Notes: generated by a model from the letters alone, not told the origin. A stretch of DNA of 64,000 bases from Phycisphaera sp. (GCA_003712165.1 RHLH01000001.1:1459575-1523574), one strand, 5' to 3'; positions 1-9,812 are shown, counted from the first letter of the stretch. A program made the numbers and translations.

Positions 1-2
1 AG

Positions 3-200
3 AAGGGGCAGGTGCAGGTGCTCGTTGGGCAGCCGTATTACGGGTGGGGTTACGAGTCAGTCATGATGCTCTTCAACAAGGTGCACAACGGGCAGGACCC
101 GGAGAGTGAGTTCAACTACGCGCAGTTCGACATCGTCACGAACGAGAACGTTGACGAGTTCGCAGAGAACTGGAAAATCTGGGCCCCAGGCTCAAACTGA
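3..200 (+). CDS. C-terminal fragment of a periplasmic sugar-binding protein (ABC substrate-binding component); 5' end lies outside the window
   Basis: The frame is open from the window edge to the stop at 198-200. The tail QPYYGWGYESVMMLFNKVHNGQDPE...DIVTNENVDEF looks like the C-terminal lobe of a type I periplasmic binding protein. It sits directly upstream of a two-cassette sugar ABC ATPase. Confidence 0.4.
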   Translation, partial: KGQVQVLVGQPYYGWGYESVMMLFNKVHNGQDPESEFNYAQFDIVTNENVDEFAENWKIWAPGSN

Positions 201-259
201 TAAAGCTCATCGCAACCTGGTGGTGAAAGCCAACAGGTTGCATTTCAGGAACATGTGCC

Positions 260-1861
260 GTGGCGAACGAGAACGAATCACTGCTGTTGAGTGTCAAGGG
301 CGTTTCAAAGCGCTTCGGGATCACGCAGGCGCTCAGCGATGTCTCCGTCGAGTTTCATGCTGGAGAGGTTCACGCCTTGATGGGCGAAAACGGAGCTGGC
401 AAGAGCACACTGGGCAAAGCCATTGCAGGGCTGCACAAGCCGGATACTGGTTATATCGCGATCGAGGGCAAGCAGCTCAAGCTCGGCTCGATCGATGACG
501 CGTTCGCAGCTGGTGTCCGCATCGTGCACCAGGAACTCGCACAGTGTCCCAATCTGAGTGTCGCCGAAAACCTGTGCCTGCACGACATGCCAAAGAAGTC
601 AGTCTGCACGGTTGATTTCAACGAGATGACTCGCCGGGCAGCCGAACTGGTCCACAAACTTGATCCGAGCATCGATGTCACGATGCCGCTCGGCAGACTC
701 AGCCCGGGCAAGCGGCAGATATGCCAGATCGCCGCCTCGCTCGAAGACGGCGCCGATCGCGGAGGCTCGTCTCCACGGATCATCGTATTCGACGAGCCTA
801 CAAGCTCACTCTCGATAGCCGAGGCGGATCGACTGGGTGAGATCGTGCGCGAATTAGCGCAGCAAGATCTGACGGTCATCTACGTATCGCATCGGATGGG
901 CGAGATATTTGCTTGTTGTGATCGAGTGACTGTGCTCCGTGACGGCAAATTCGTCGCAACGAACCAAGTTAAAGAGATCGATGAGGCAACCCTCGTCGAG
1001 CAGATGATCGGTCGCAGAGTCGTCACACCCGCTGGCAAAGCCGGCGGAGAAGTGAGCGAAGCGAGCGCACTTCAGGATGCGGCGGGCGTCGGGGGCGTGC
1101 ATCCAGATACCGGCAAAGTCGTGCTGAGCGCCAAGTCGATCACGTCGCCGGGCAAGCTCCGAGACGTCTCACTCGAGGTCCGCGCCGGGGAAGTGCTCGG
1201 TATCGGCGGGCTTGTCGGCGCCGGACGGAGTGAACTGCTGGCTGCCATCTTCGGCCTCGACCCGCGGGCTACAGGCGAATTGTCCATCGAGGGTCAGCAG
1301 CTGCAGATCGGCAAGGTGCGCTCCGCCATCAAGGCTGGCCTCGGACTCGTGCCCGAGGACCGGAGGCACGAGGGGCTCTTCTTCGATCTCGGAGTCGATG
1401 AGAACATCGTTGCCCCACGGATGTCTGCGCTCGCCAACTGGTCGTTGCCGTTCGGGCTCCGCAAGATCGGAAAAGAAGCCCGCCTCGTGCGTGACCGGAT
1501 CAAGGCATTCCAGGTCAAGACAGCGAGCACGAAGAGCAAGCCGGGAGAGCTCTCGGGCGGCAACCAGCAGAAGCTGCTCATCGCCCGGTGGATGGGCAAG
1601 GAAACCAAGATTCTGCTACTCGACGAGCCGACGCGCGGTATCGACGTAGGAACGAAGGTTGAGGTCTACAAGCTGATCCGCAAAGCTGCGGACAAGGGGC
1701 TTGCGGTTCTGCTCGTCTCGAGCGAGATGCCCGAACTGCTTGCGCTCTCAGACAGAATTATGGTCCTCGCCGACGGCGTGTGCACGGGCACGCTCGCGGG
1801 CGATGAGATGACGCAGACAAACGTCCTCACCCTTGCAACCCGTAAGACAAGCGCTGCTTAG
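260..1861 (+). CDS. Sugar ABC transporter ATP-binding protein with two fused ATPase cassettes (RbsA/MglA/XylG type)
   Basis: 533 aa, GTG start. Walker A GENGAGKST and GLVGAGRSE; ABC signatures LSPGKRQ and LSGGNQQK; Walker B IIVFDEPT and ILLLDEPT. Confidence 0.9.
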   Translation: MANENESLLLSVKGVSKRFGITQALSDVSVEFHAGEVHALMGENGAGKSTLGKAIAGLHKPDTGYIAIEGKQLKLGSIDDAFAAGVRIVHQELAQCPNLSVAENLCLHDMPKKSVCTVDFNEMTRRAAELVHKLDPSIDVTMPLGRLSPGKRQICQIAASLEDGADRGGSSPRIIVFDEPTSSLSIAEADRLGEIVRELAQQDLTVIYVSHRMGEIFACCDRVTVLRDGKFVATNQVKEIDEATLVEQMIGRRVVTPAGKAGGEVSEASALQDAAGVGGVHPDTGKVVLSAKSITSPGKLRDVSLEVRAGEVLGIGGLVGAGRSELLAAIFGLDPRATGELSIEGQQLQIGKVRSAIKAGLGLVPEDRRHEGLFFDLGVDENIVAPRMSALANWSLPFGLRKIGKEARLVRDRIKAFQVKTASTKSKPGELSGGNQQKLLIARWMGKETKILLLDEPTRGIDVGTKVEVYKLIRKAADKGLAVLLVSSEMPELLALSDRIMVLADGVCTGTLAGDEMTQTNVLTLATRKTSAA

Positions 1862-1872
1862 CATGACGCAAC

Positions 1873-4044
1873 TCAGTCAAGTTCGATAGTGATCACGGAT
1901 CCATCTCGGCCCGAGCCGAACGCTTCCTGCCCGTCTCCGAGCAGCAGACGCACGTGCATGTCACGGATGGGTCTCTTCCTATCGCCCTTGGCACCGGTCA
2001 TCCGGATCTCGACACGATCACCGATCCGTTCAGCGGTGTAGGTGCTGAGCAGGTAGTCGCCGTTCTGGTAGCTGTACCCGTCGCCGCTGTCTTCGTAGAG
2101 CGACCCCCACGCCCTGCCGTCCTCGTCGAGGGATACGACAAGCGTCAGCGGATTGAGCGGTTTCTCGCTCGTGTACTGCATCACCGGACCGGTCGGGATG
2201 ATCGACCCGCCCTTGACAAAGAATTCGGGGATATCCGCGTTGTCGGCGCCCTCGAGATTGAGCTTGTTCCAGATCCCGTTGGGCATGGTCATCGCGCGAT
2301 CGCCGTGCAGCGTCAGGCTGGGCTTGATAAGAAGACCCTCGCCTAGGAGGAACATGTCGTCCTCCGTTCGCAGTGCCGAGTCCGACGGGTCCGCGAAGAA
2401 CACGGGTTGCGTGATGGGCGCCCCCTGCGTATGCGCGTCGTAGAAGAGCGAGTAGTAGTAGGGCAGCAGTATGTAGCGGTTATTGAGCGCTTGCCTCGCG
2501 GTGTGCTCGACTTCCTCGCCGAATGCCCAGGGTTCCTTTTGGCGGTTGCCGACCGCGGTGTGACCGCGTGCGAACGGGAACAGCACGCCGTACCCGAACC
2601 AGCGTTCGAACTGATCCGCGTCACCGTTGCCGATGAAGCCGCCGATATCAGGACCGTAGAAGGGGAATCCAGAGAGGCTCATATTCAGCACCATGGGCAC
2701 CGAGCCCTCAAGATCCCACCAGTCTGCGGAGTTGTCACCCGACCAGCCCGCGGCGTACCGCTGACCACCGAGGTAAATCGCTCGGCTCAGAACGAAGGGC
2801 CTCTTGTCAGGATTCGCTTTCTGAACACCCTCTCGCGTCGCTTTGATCATGAGCATGCCGTAGACGTTATGGAACCGTGCGTGCGAGCCTCCGCCGCCCA
2901 TCTCGGGATCGCCAGCGTGCACGTTGTCCTCGGGCATGGTTTTGGACTCCACGTTGAAGATCGCGGGCTCGTTCATGTCGTTCCAGACACCGGTGATGCC
3001 CTGCGCCATGAAGCCCTCGTAGAGCCCCGCCCACCAGTCGCGTGTCCGCTGCCGTGTGTAGTCGGGGAAGACGCACCATCCGGGCCAGACCTCGCCCTTG
3101 TAGATATCCCCGTGGGCGGTCTTCACCGCGTGATCACCCTCGATTAATTCCTCGTACACGCTGTAGCCCTCGGGCGGGAAGCGTTCCGTCTCAGCTCCGA
3201 TGCCCGGGTCAATCATCCAGACGTTGTGGAAGTTGAGTTCATTGAGCAGGTACTCGTTGAGCCCCTTCGGATCGGGGAAGAGCTCGTCGTCGAACCTGAA
3301 GACCCGGTACTCGTCCATGTAGTGGATGTCCATCCAGATGACATCCGCGGGCAGGTCCCTGTCGCGGAAGCCCTGCGCGATCTCGCGCACCTGCGAATCC
3401 GGGTAGTAGCTGTATCGGCACTGGTGATACCCGATAGCCCACTTGGGAGGCATCGGGATTTTGCCGGTCAACTCAGCGAGTGTCTTCACAACCTCGAGAG
3501 GTGAATCCCGCTCGATCACGATCACGGGGAACTCGGGTCCCTCAGCGTGGAATGTGATGTCTTCGGTCAGGTCGATCTCGATGCGGTACGTCGAATCGCC
3601 AATCACACCGAACGAACTGCCGTCCTTGCGCACAGCCAGCACCCACGGGTGCGACTTGTAGAGCGACTGCGTGCCCTCCTTGTAGCCGTACGAGTCGGAG
3701 TTCCAGAGCACGGTCTTGCGCCCGTTGCGCAGGAGCGGTCCGGGAACCTCGCCCGTGCCGTAGAGGCTCGTGCCGGGGTCGATCTCGATCGTGAAGCTAC
3801 TCCGGCCCTGCTCATCCGTGAAGAAGCCAGGCTCGACCGCGAATCCCTCGGGAGACGCACCGGTCGCGGGCATTCTCGGATCCAGGAGTGCGAACGAGGG
3901 GTACGCGTTCGCCTTCGCCCCGGCAGAAGCGTGAAACCGGACAATATCGTCGCCGATCGATTCTGAAACGACCTGCGCTGTGACAGCCGGCGCGATGATG
4001 CCGGTGAACGAGGCGAGCAGAAGACCGATGTGTCTCATTCGCAT
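1873..4044 (-). CDS. Secreted glycoside hydrolase family 31 alpha-glucosidase
   Basis: 723 aa with signal peptide MRMRHIGLLLASFTGIIAPAVTAQ. GH31 signature block GVWNDMNEPA plus the DVIWMDIHYMD block. Divergent from a GH13 amylase. Confidence 0.9.
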   Translation of the reverse strand: MRMRHIGLLLASFTGIIAPAVTAQVVSESIGDDIVRFHASAGAKANAYPSFALLDPRMPATGASPEGFAVEPGFFTDEQGRSSFTIEIDPGTSLYGTGEVPGPLLRNGRKTVLWNSDSYGYKEGTQSLYKSHPWVLAVRKDGSSFGVIGDSTYRIEIDLTEDITFHAEGPEFPVIVIERDSPLEVVKTLAELTGKIPMPPKWAIGYHQCRYSYYPDSQVREIAQGFRDRDLPADVIWMDIHYMDEYRVFRFDDELFPDPKGLNEYLLNELNFHNVWMIDPGIGAETERFPPEGYSVYEELIEGDHAVKTAHGDIYKGEVWPGWCVFPDYTRQRTRDWWAGLYEGFMAQGITGVWNDMNEPAIFNVESKTMPEDNVHAGDPEMGGGGSHARFHNVYGMLMIKATREGVQKANPDKRPFVLSRAIYLGGQRYAAGWSGDNSADWWDLEGSVPMVLNMSLSGFPFYGPDIGGFIGNGDADQFERWFGYGVLFPFARGHTAVGNRQKEPWAFGEEVEHTARQALNNRYILLPYYYSLFYDAHTQGAPITQPVFFADPSDSALRTEDDMFLLGEGLLIKPSLTLHGDRAMTMPNGIWNKLNLEGADNADIPEFFVKGGSIIPTGPVMQYTSEKPLNPLTLVVSLDEDGRAWGSLYEDSGDGYSYQNGDYLLSTYTAERIGDRVEIRMTGAKGDRKRPIRDMHVRLLLGDGQEAFGSGRDGSVITIELD

Positions 4045-4241
4045 TGAGAGTCTCCGGAGGGCGGCAGGTCATTGCACAGTCGTGCTGCGGTCAAGTTATA
4101 GGCTGTTTTGAGAGCGTCTAAGCGTGCCTATCGCTGTATACACCGTGAGAATAACAGCTTCCAGTTCTTTGGAGGCATGCGCTCGGCCCGTATACTTTGT
4201 GCGAATCTGTTCGTACACAAGCGCTTGCAGGAGCACACCCA

Positions 4242-7028
4242 ATGCGTGCACAGACCCGTCTACTCGCCGCCTCGACCATCGGCATCCTCGCCGGACAGGC
4301 GGCAGGTCAGGGCCAGTACCCTCCGATGCTCCAGTGGTTCGAGATGCCATGGAACGACATGGAACACCGCGTGCCCGATTTCTTTCTCGCCGGGTACCGC
4401 TCCACGTGGCTCCCACCGATCTCAACGACGGTTGCCCCAGCCGCATCGAAGTCACCCGGTTACGACCCGCTCGACAGGTTCGACCTCGACGGCACGATTT
4501 ACGGCACAGAAGACGACTTCCGCGCGCTCGTCGATGAGATTCACCAGGCTGACGGGCTCGTCAACATCGACCTCATCATGAACCACAACGGGTTCCGCCG
4601 AGCGGACCAGGGATTCCATATCGAGGGCGGCTATCCGGGCTTCTGGGCCAACCCGCCTGCGGGCAGAGATTTCACACCAACTGATGATTGGGGGGAATTT
4701 CACAATTCGTTTACGAACGCCGGATACCTGCAATCCGAGAACCCAAACGCGCCGCGCTACGACCTATTCAACGGCGATCTCGTAGCGCTCATTGATATCA
4801 ACCAGTTCGATACAACCCAGTTCATCCGCCAGCCGATCGCTGCGGGCGATCCGAACAACATTCCCGCGGGCACGATCCGCAACCTGCCCAATGCCGACAA
4901 CGCGCGGTTCTACCCCGACACCAACCTCGCGGGCGACACCATCAACAACCCGGGGACATTCCGCAACCCGGCGAACATCAACTTCACGCGCCATCCATGG
5001 AACCCGTTCAATGTGATGAATGGTGATCCGGTCCTCGAAACACCGGGCGATTACCTCGTGCGCCACACGCGCTGGCTCGCAGAGCAGATCGGTGTCGACG
5101 GCTTCCGTCTCGACGCGGCCAAGCACATCCCCTCGTCGTTCTGGGATCTCCAGTGGGACAACGCAGTCCACGACAACTGGGTTCACCCGAGCGGTGAGAT
5201 CGTCACCGCCTACAGCTTCGGCGAATCCACCGCGGGCAACGGGTTTGTCTACGACAACTACATCCGCAAGCCAAACAACAATGTCCGCTCGGGCGATCTG
5301 TTCGGCAACCGAGATACGCTCGATCTCGACGGCGCCGGAGCGCTCCGCAACCTCATCGGCGCGGGCGGCTTCGGCACTTGGCAGGACCCGCTTAACCGTC
5401 ACTTCGACAACACCGACGGCTTCAACGACGGCACGCTCGGTGTCAACCACGTCTTCAGCCACGACAACGGGAGCTTCGGCGACGGCAGCTCAGTTCCGGC
5501 TGACCCAAACCGTCAACAGATGGGCATCCCGATGAACGTCTATGTCCTGATGCGCCCGGGCCAGAGCATCATCTATCACAACGAGCTCGGCATCACACGC
5601 CCCGCGGGTAACTTCAGTCCCCGCAACGGCGTCCCGATTGCGCTCGGCCGCGACCGTGCGACGGGCAATCCGGACGACACGATTACAAATATCGTCCATC
5701 TCGCAAATGAAGTCGGCCGAGGTGATATCGACGTGACTTCCTACACCGACCCCGTCGTGCCGAACATCGACGATGTGTTCGTGTTTGAGCGCCGCCAGCG
5801 GGGCGGCCCCGCCAACTCACTCATCGCGGTCAGCGACCGGCGCGACCCCGGATTCCAGACACGAAACGTGAACTCGAACTTCGCGCCGGGTACACGCCTG
5901 CACGAACAGACAGGAAACGCGGCAGACCTGATGGTCGATCCGAATAACGACATCCCCGAGGTCATTGTCGTCGACGGATCGGGCAGACTCACCATCAACG
6001 TGCCCAACAACGTTTCCTCGGCAGGAGCGCACGAGAAGGGCTTCGTGATTTATGCCCCGGCGCTCCCGACCGCGACACTCAATATCACCAGCGTAACGGG
6101 CCAGTTGCCGCCTGAACTCCCGTTCCTGCCGCTCTTTAAGAAGCGGATCAACAGCATCGACATCGTCGAGGGTTCTACCTTCGAGATTCAGGTCTCTACG
6201 ACCCAGACCGACGCCCTCGACCCCGACACGGACGACAACGCGCTCTTCAAGATCAACCAGGGCTACGTCGATTACAACCAGAACGGCAGCGTCGACTTCC
6301 CGGTCGGCCTCGAAGACTTCAACAACAACGGTGTCCTCGAGTTCCCCGTCGAAGAAAACATCCTGGGCGGCTTCGAGCAGTTTATCACCGAAAACTCCCC
6401 CCTCTTCGGCAGCGGCAACTCGACAGGTACCTACCGCCAAGTCATCGATGCATCGCAGCTTGAAGACGGGCTCAACTACATCACGGTCAACGTGTTCCGT
6501 CACCGCGACGACGGGGGTGATCCGATCTTCCGTCAGCTCCGAGAGGTCATCTACCTCGACAACGAACCGCCCGGTATCGAGTTTGTCGATGCACCGGACG
6601 AGATCGATACTGCAGGCGCAACGTTCAACTTCAAGGCGACCGATCGAACAACCGTCAGCGTTGTCGCAATGCTCAATCTCGCTGACGGGATCGATCCAAT
6701 CGAGTTTGGCAGGACCCGCCCTTCGGCTGTCCAGAAAAATCGCTTCGACTGGGAGTACTCGTTCCTCGGTCTCCAGCACGGGATCAACACGGTTACGGTC
6801 GTCGCGTACGAGGAGTCCGACCGCGGCAACGCGGTCACGCACGAGTTCTTTGTGAACCTCTGCCCGGCGGACGTGAACAAAGACGGCATCGTCTCGCCGA
6901 CCGACTTCACCGCGTGGATCAACGCGTTCAACAACAACTTTCCCGAGTGTGACCAGAACGCCGATGGTTCTTGCACGCCCACTGACTTCACCGCGTGGAT
7001 CGCAAACTTCAACGCGGGTTGCCCATAA
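4242..7028 (+). CDS. Secreted GH13 alpha-amylase family enzyme with a long beta-rich C-terminal extension and a terminal Cys-bounded dockerin-like module
   Basis: ATG 4242 is preferred because it gives a signal-like N-terminus, MRAQTRLLAASTIGILAGQAAGQ. GH13 regions I DLIMNHNG, II GFRLDAAKHI, III FGES, IV FSHDN. The C-terminus is CPADVNKDGIVSPTDFTAWINAFNNNFPECDQNADGSCTPTDFTAWIANFNAGCP. Confidence 0.85.
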   Translation: MRAQTRLLAASTIGILAGQAAGQGQYPPMLQWFEMPWNDMEHRVPDFFLAGYRSTWLPPISTTVAPAASKSPGYDPLDRFDLDGTIYGTEDDFRALVDEIHQADGLVNIDLIMNHNGFRRADQGFHIEGGYPGFWANPPAGRDFTPTDDWGEFHNSFTNAGYLQSENPNAPRYDLFNGDLVALIDINQFDTTQFIRQPIAAGDPNNIPAGTIRNLPNADNARFYPDTNLAGDTINNPGTFRNPANINFTRHPWNPFNVMNGDPVLETPGDYLVRHTRWLAEQIGVDGFRLDAAKHIPSSFWDLQWDNAVHDNWVHPSGEIVTAYSFGESTAGNGFVYDNYIRKPNNNVRSGDLFGNRDTLDLDGAGALRNLIGAGGFGTWQDPLNRHFDNTDGFNDGTLGVNHVFSHDNGSFGDGSSVPADPNRQQMGIPMNVYVLMRPGQSIIYHNELGITRPAGNFSPRNGVPIALGRDRATGNPDDTITNIVHLANEVGRGDIDVTSYTDPVVPNIDDVFVFERRQRGGPANSLIAVSDRRDPGFQTRNVNSNFAPGTRLHEQTGNAADLMVDPNNDIPEVIVVDGSGRLTINVPNNVSSAGAHEKGFVIYAPALPTATLNITSVTGQLPPELPFLPLFKKRINSIDIVEGSTFEIQVSTTQTDALDPDTDDNALFKINQGYVDYNQNGSVDFPVGLEDFNNNGVLEFPVEENILGGFEQFITENSPLFGSGNSTGTYRQVIDASQLEDGLNYITVNVFRHRDDGGDPIFRQLREVIYLDNEPPGIEFVDAPDEIDTAGATFNFKATDRTTVSVVAMLNLADGIDPIEFGRTRPSAVQKNRFDWEYSFLGLQHGINTVTVVAYEESDRGNAVTHEFFVNLCPADVNKDGIVSPTDFTAWINAFNNNFPECDQNADGSCTPTDFTAWIANFNAGCP
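6861..7028 (+). other. C-terminal double PTDFTAW / DxNxDG dockerin-like (EF-hand-like) module, copy 1
   Basis: Internal duplication (SPTDFTAWINAFNN / TPTDFTAWIANFNAGC) with 4 Cys. It is near-identical at protein level to the tail of the CDS ending at 42833. Confidence 0.7.
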
Positions 7029-7066
7029 GACCTACGATCACGCCTCGAAACCAACCGGAGAACGGC

Positions 7067-8344
7067 ATGTCAGTCGCACGAATTGCCTCTGTCGCACTCG
7101 CTGTCTTGGCCCTGTTCCTTCCCGCCTCGGCGTGGTCGCAGGATCAAGCCCAGCCCGAGACACTTAGTCAGGGCTTCATCATCGTTGTCGATGACCCTGG
7201 AAGACTCGCGTCGGAGAGCCAGCCGATATACATCGGAACGAATCACGGCAACTGGCACCCGGGCAACCCGGTCTTCAAGATGTCGCCCCGATCCGACGGC
7301 AAGTGGCAGATCATCCTTGACAAACCAGAAGACCCGGCCCGGATGCAATTCAAATTCACCCGCGGCTCGTGGGAAACCGTTGAAGTCGGTGCCGACGACG
7401 AACAGATTGCCAACCGCACGCTTCCCACTATCGACCCGTCTGCGTACGCCGATGGCTCCCGCCCAATCTTTGAGTACTCGGTGCCCAAGTGGGCCGACCA
7501 ACTCCCCGGCGCCGTCCAGCAGCGTGGAGTCGAGGACACGACGACCGAGCTCGATGTCACCGGTACCGCGATGCGTCTGCAGCTCATCGGTGGAGCGGGC
7601 CGGGCGCACGGCATCGCGCGCGACGCGATTGTGTGGCTTCCTCCGGGATACGAAACCAGTGATCAGGACTACCCGGTTCTCTATCTCATGGACGGTCAGC
7701 ACGTCTTCATGAAGCAGCCCAACGCGCCGGCAGAGTGGCACGCCGACGAGACGGCGACCGAACTCATCGAATCAGGAGCCATCGAACCCATTATTATCGT
7801 GGGTATCCCACACTCCGGATACAGCCGCGGCGACGAGTACCTGCCAGCTGAACTGCACGACGGTGTCGAGCCATCCGCCGACGAGTTCATCGGATGGATC
7901 GAGCGGAGCGTGATGCCCCGAGTCGAACGGGCGTTCCGTGTCAAAACCGGTGCGAGTTACACGGCTGTCGGCGGCGCAAGCTACGGCGGGGTGTTCTCGC
8001 TCTACGCCGCAAGCAAGCGTCCTGATCTCTTTGGTTCTGCGATCGTCGAGAGCCCCTCTGTGCTGAGCAGGAACGGCTACATGATGACCATGTTCGCCGC
8101 GGGCGGGTTCAACTGGCCCGATCGCATCTTCCTCGGTATGGGCACGAACGAAGCCGGCACAGCCGACGAAGCAACCGACCTGAACGATCGCTACGTCAAA
8201 GCCGCCCAGAAACTGGAAGAGCGAGCCGTCGAATCGGGAGTGGATATCAAGTTTGTTCTCGGTGCAGGCCAGGTTCACAACGAGAGCGCCTGGGCAGAGC
8301 GCTTCAGGGCGGCGTTGGTTCACCTCTACGGCTCAGAAAACTAA
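7067..8344 (+). CDS. Secreted esterase (esterase D / siderophore-esterase-like alpha/beta hydrolase) with an N-terminal carbohydrate-binding-like beta-sandwich
   Basis: ATG 7067 with signal peptide MSVARIASVALAVLALFLPASAWSQ. The N-terminal domain has GNWHPGNP...KFTRGSWETVE. The hydrolase core has YPVLYLMDGQHVF and the nucleophile elbow GGASYGG. Confidence 0.7.
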   Translation: MSVARIASVALAVLALFLPASAWSQDQAQPETLSQGFIIVVDDPGRLASESQPIYIGTNHGNWHPGNPVFKMSPRSDGKWQIILDKPEDPARMQFKFTRGSWETVEVGADDEQIANRTLPTIDPSAYADGSRPIFEYSVPKWADQLPGAVQQRGVEDTTTELDVTGTAMRLQLIGGAGRAHGIARDAIVWLPPGYETSDQDYPVLYLMDGQHVFMKQPNAPAEWHADETATELIESGAIEPIIIVGIPHSGYSRGDEYLPAELHDGVEPSADEFIGWIERSVMPRVERAFRVKTGASYTAVGGASYGGVFSLYAASKRPDLFGSAIVESPSVLSRNGYMMTMFAAGGFNWPDRIFLGMGTNEAGTADEATDLNDRYVKAAQKLEERAVESGVDIKFVLGAGQVHNESAWAERFRAALVHLYGSEN

Positions 8345-8350
8345 CCAGCC

Positions 8351-9787
8351 TCAGCGCTTGTCGCGAACGACCATAAGCCTCACTTCGGTCATTTCCTCGA
8401 TGGCCGAGCGGACGCCTTCGCGCCCTAGCCCCGAGTCTTTGACGCCTCCGTAGGGCATGTGATCAACACGGAACGAAGGCACATCGTTGATGACAACACC
8501 CCCGACGCGCAACTGGTCCCAGGCCTTATGCATATTCGTTACGCTATCGGTAAACACACCTGCCTGCAGGCCAAACCGGCTCTCGTTGACTATCTCGATC
8601 GATCGATCAAACTCATCAAAGCGTGAAAGCAACACGACAGGGCCGAAGACCTCTTCTTGGTTGATCGTCATACCCACCGGCACATCCTCGAGCAGTGTCG
8701 CTTCGAGCATCGAGCCTGCTCTTCGCCCCCCGGCGAGCAATCTCGCGCCGCCAGCAACCGCTTCGTTAATCCATGATTCGATACGCTTAGCCGATTGCTC
8801 GTCGATCATGGGGCCGATGAACGTGTCACGATCCCCCGGGTTCCCGCTTTTGAGCCCGGACACTTCAGCGACAAGCCCATCACGCAGTCTGTCATACACG
8901 CTCGAGTGCGCCAGCACGCGCTGCACGCTGACACAGCTCTGTCCGGACTGGTAATACCCGCCGAAGACAATCCGCTCGATAGCTGTTTCGACATCGCCCG
9001 ATTCATCGATCACACAAGCGGCGTTCCCTCCGAGCTCGAGCGTGACCCTCTTCAGCCCTGCTCGCGTGATGAGCTCCTTGCCGACCCTGTCCGAACCGGT
9101 GAAGCTGAGGTACCGAATCCGCTCGTCGGTCACCAGAGCCCCGGCGTCCTCTACCCGGCTCGGCAGCACTGAGAACGCACCGGGCGGAAGATCAGTCTCG
9201 GCAAGAATCTCCCCGATGATCAACGCGCCGATCGGTGTCTTGTCAGAAGGTTTGAGCACGAACGGGCATCCGCACGCGATCGCCGGCGCAACCTTGTGCG
9301 CAACAAGATTAAGCGGGAAATTGAAAGGCGTGATGAATGAGCAGACGCCCACCGGCACACGCTTGGTCATCCCTCGGTATCCATCGGCGCGCTGGGTGAT
9401 CTGCATCTCGATCACCTCTCCGTTGAGCCGCGTGGATTCCTCGGCAGCGATCTCGAACGTATCAATCAGCCTCGTGACCTCGCCCTCGCTGTCCCTGATC
9501 GGCTTGCCCGCTTCGACGCAAAGCACTCGCGCAAGCTCCGAGCTGCGCTCCTTGAATCTGTCGACACAATGACGGAGCACGGCCTTGCGCTGATACGCGG
9601 GTATGCTCGCACACTCGTCAGCAGCGGCAGCACAAGCAGCTATCGCTGCATCGATCATCTCAGCACTCGCCAGCGGAACACACGAGGCCACTCCGCCCGT
9701 GTAGATATCGCGTACTTCGAGGTCGGTGTTGGGTATCTCTGGCTTGCCGGCCAGGTAGAGCGGGTACACATCCTTGATATCGGGCAT
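8351..9787 (-). CDS. NAD(P)-dependent aldehyde dehydrogenase family protein
   Basis: Start taken at MPDIKDVYPLYLAGK (9787) rather than the upstream in-frame ATG at 9874. ALDH motifs: LELGGNAA (catalytic Glu), GQSCVSVQR (catalytic Cys), SFTGS. Confidence 0.85.
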   Translation of the reverse strand: MPDIKDVYPLYLAGKPEIPNTDLEVRDIYTGGVASCVPLASAEMIDAAIAACAAAADECASIPAYQRKAVLRHCVDRFKERSSELARVLCVEAGKPIRDSEGEVTRLIDTFEIAAEESTRLNGEVIEMQITQRADGYRGMTKRVPVGVCSFITPFNFPLNLVAHKVAPAIACGCPFVLKPSDKTPIGALIIGEILAETDLPPGAFSVLPSRVEDAGALVTDERIRYLSFTGSDRVGKELITRAGLKRVTLELGGNAACVIDESGDVETAIERIVFGGYYQSGQSCVSVQRVLAHSSVYDRLRDGLVAEVSGLKSGNPGDRDTFIGPMIDEQSAKRIESWINEAVAGGARLLAGGRRAGSMLEATLLEDVPVGMTINQEEVFGPVVLLSRFDEFDRSIEIVNESRFGLQAGVFTDSVTNMHKAWDQLRVGGVVINDVPSFRVDHMPYGGVKDSGLGREGVRSAIEEMTEVRLMVVRDKR

Positions 9788-9812
9788 CGTGTCCCCTGCA
9801 GCGGTGTCGTGA

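Noticed and set aside
4197-4220. Imperfect palindrome TTGTGCGAA-N-TTCGTACACAA upstream of the amylase gene, as a LacI-type operator
   Set aside because: Only about 7 of 9 positions pair and the arms need a 1-nt shift. The region is better explained by the shared 18-mer reported as a finding.
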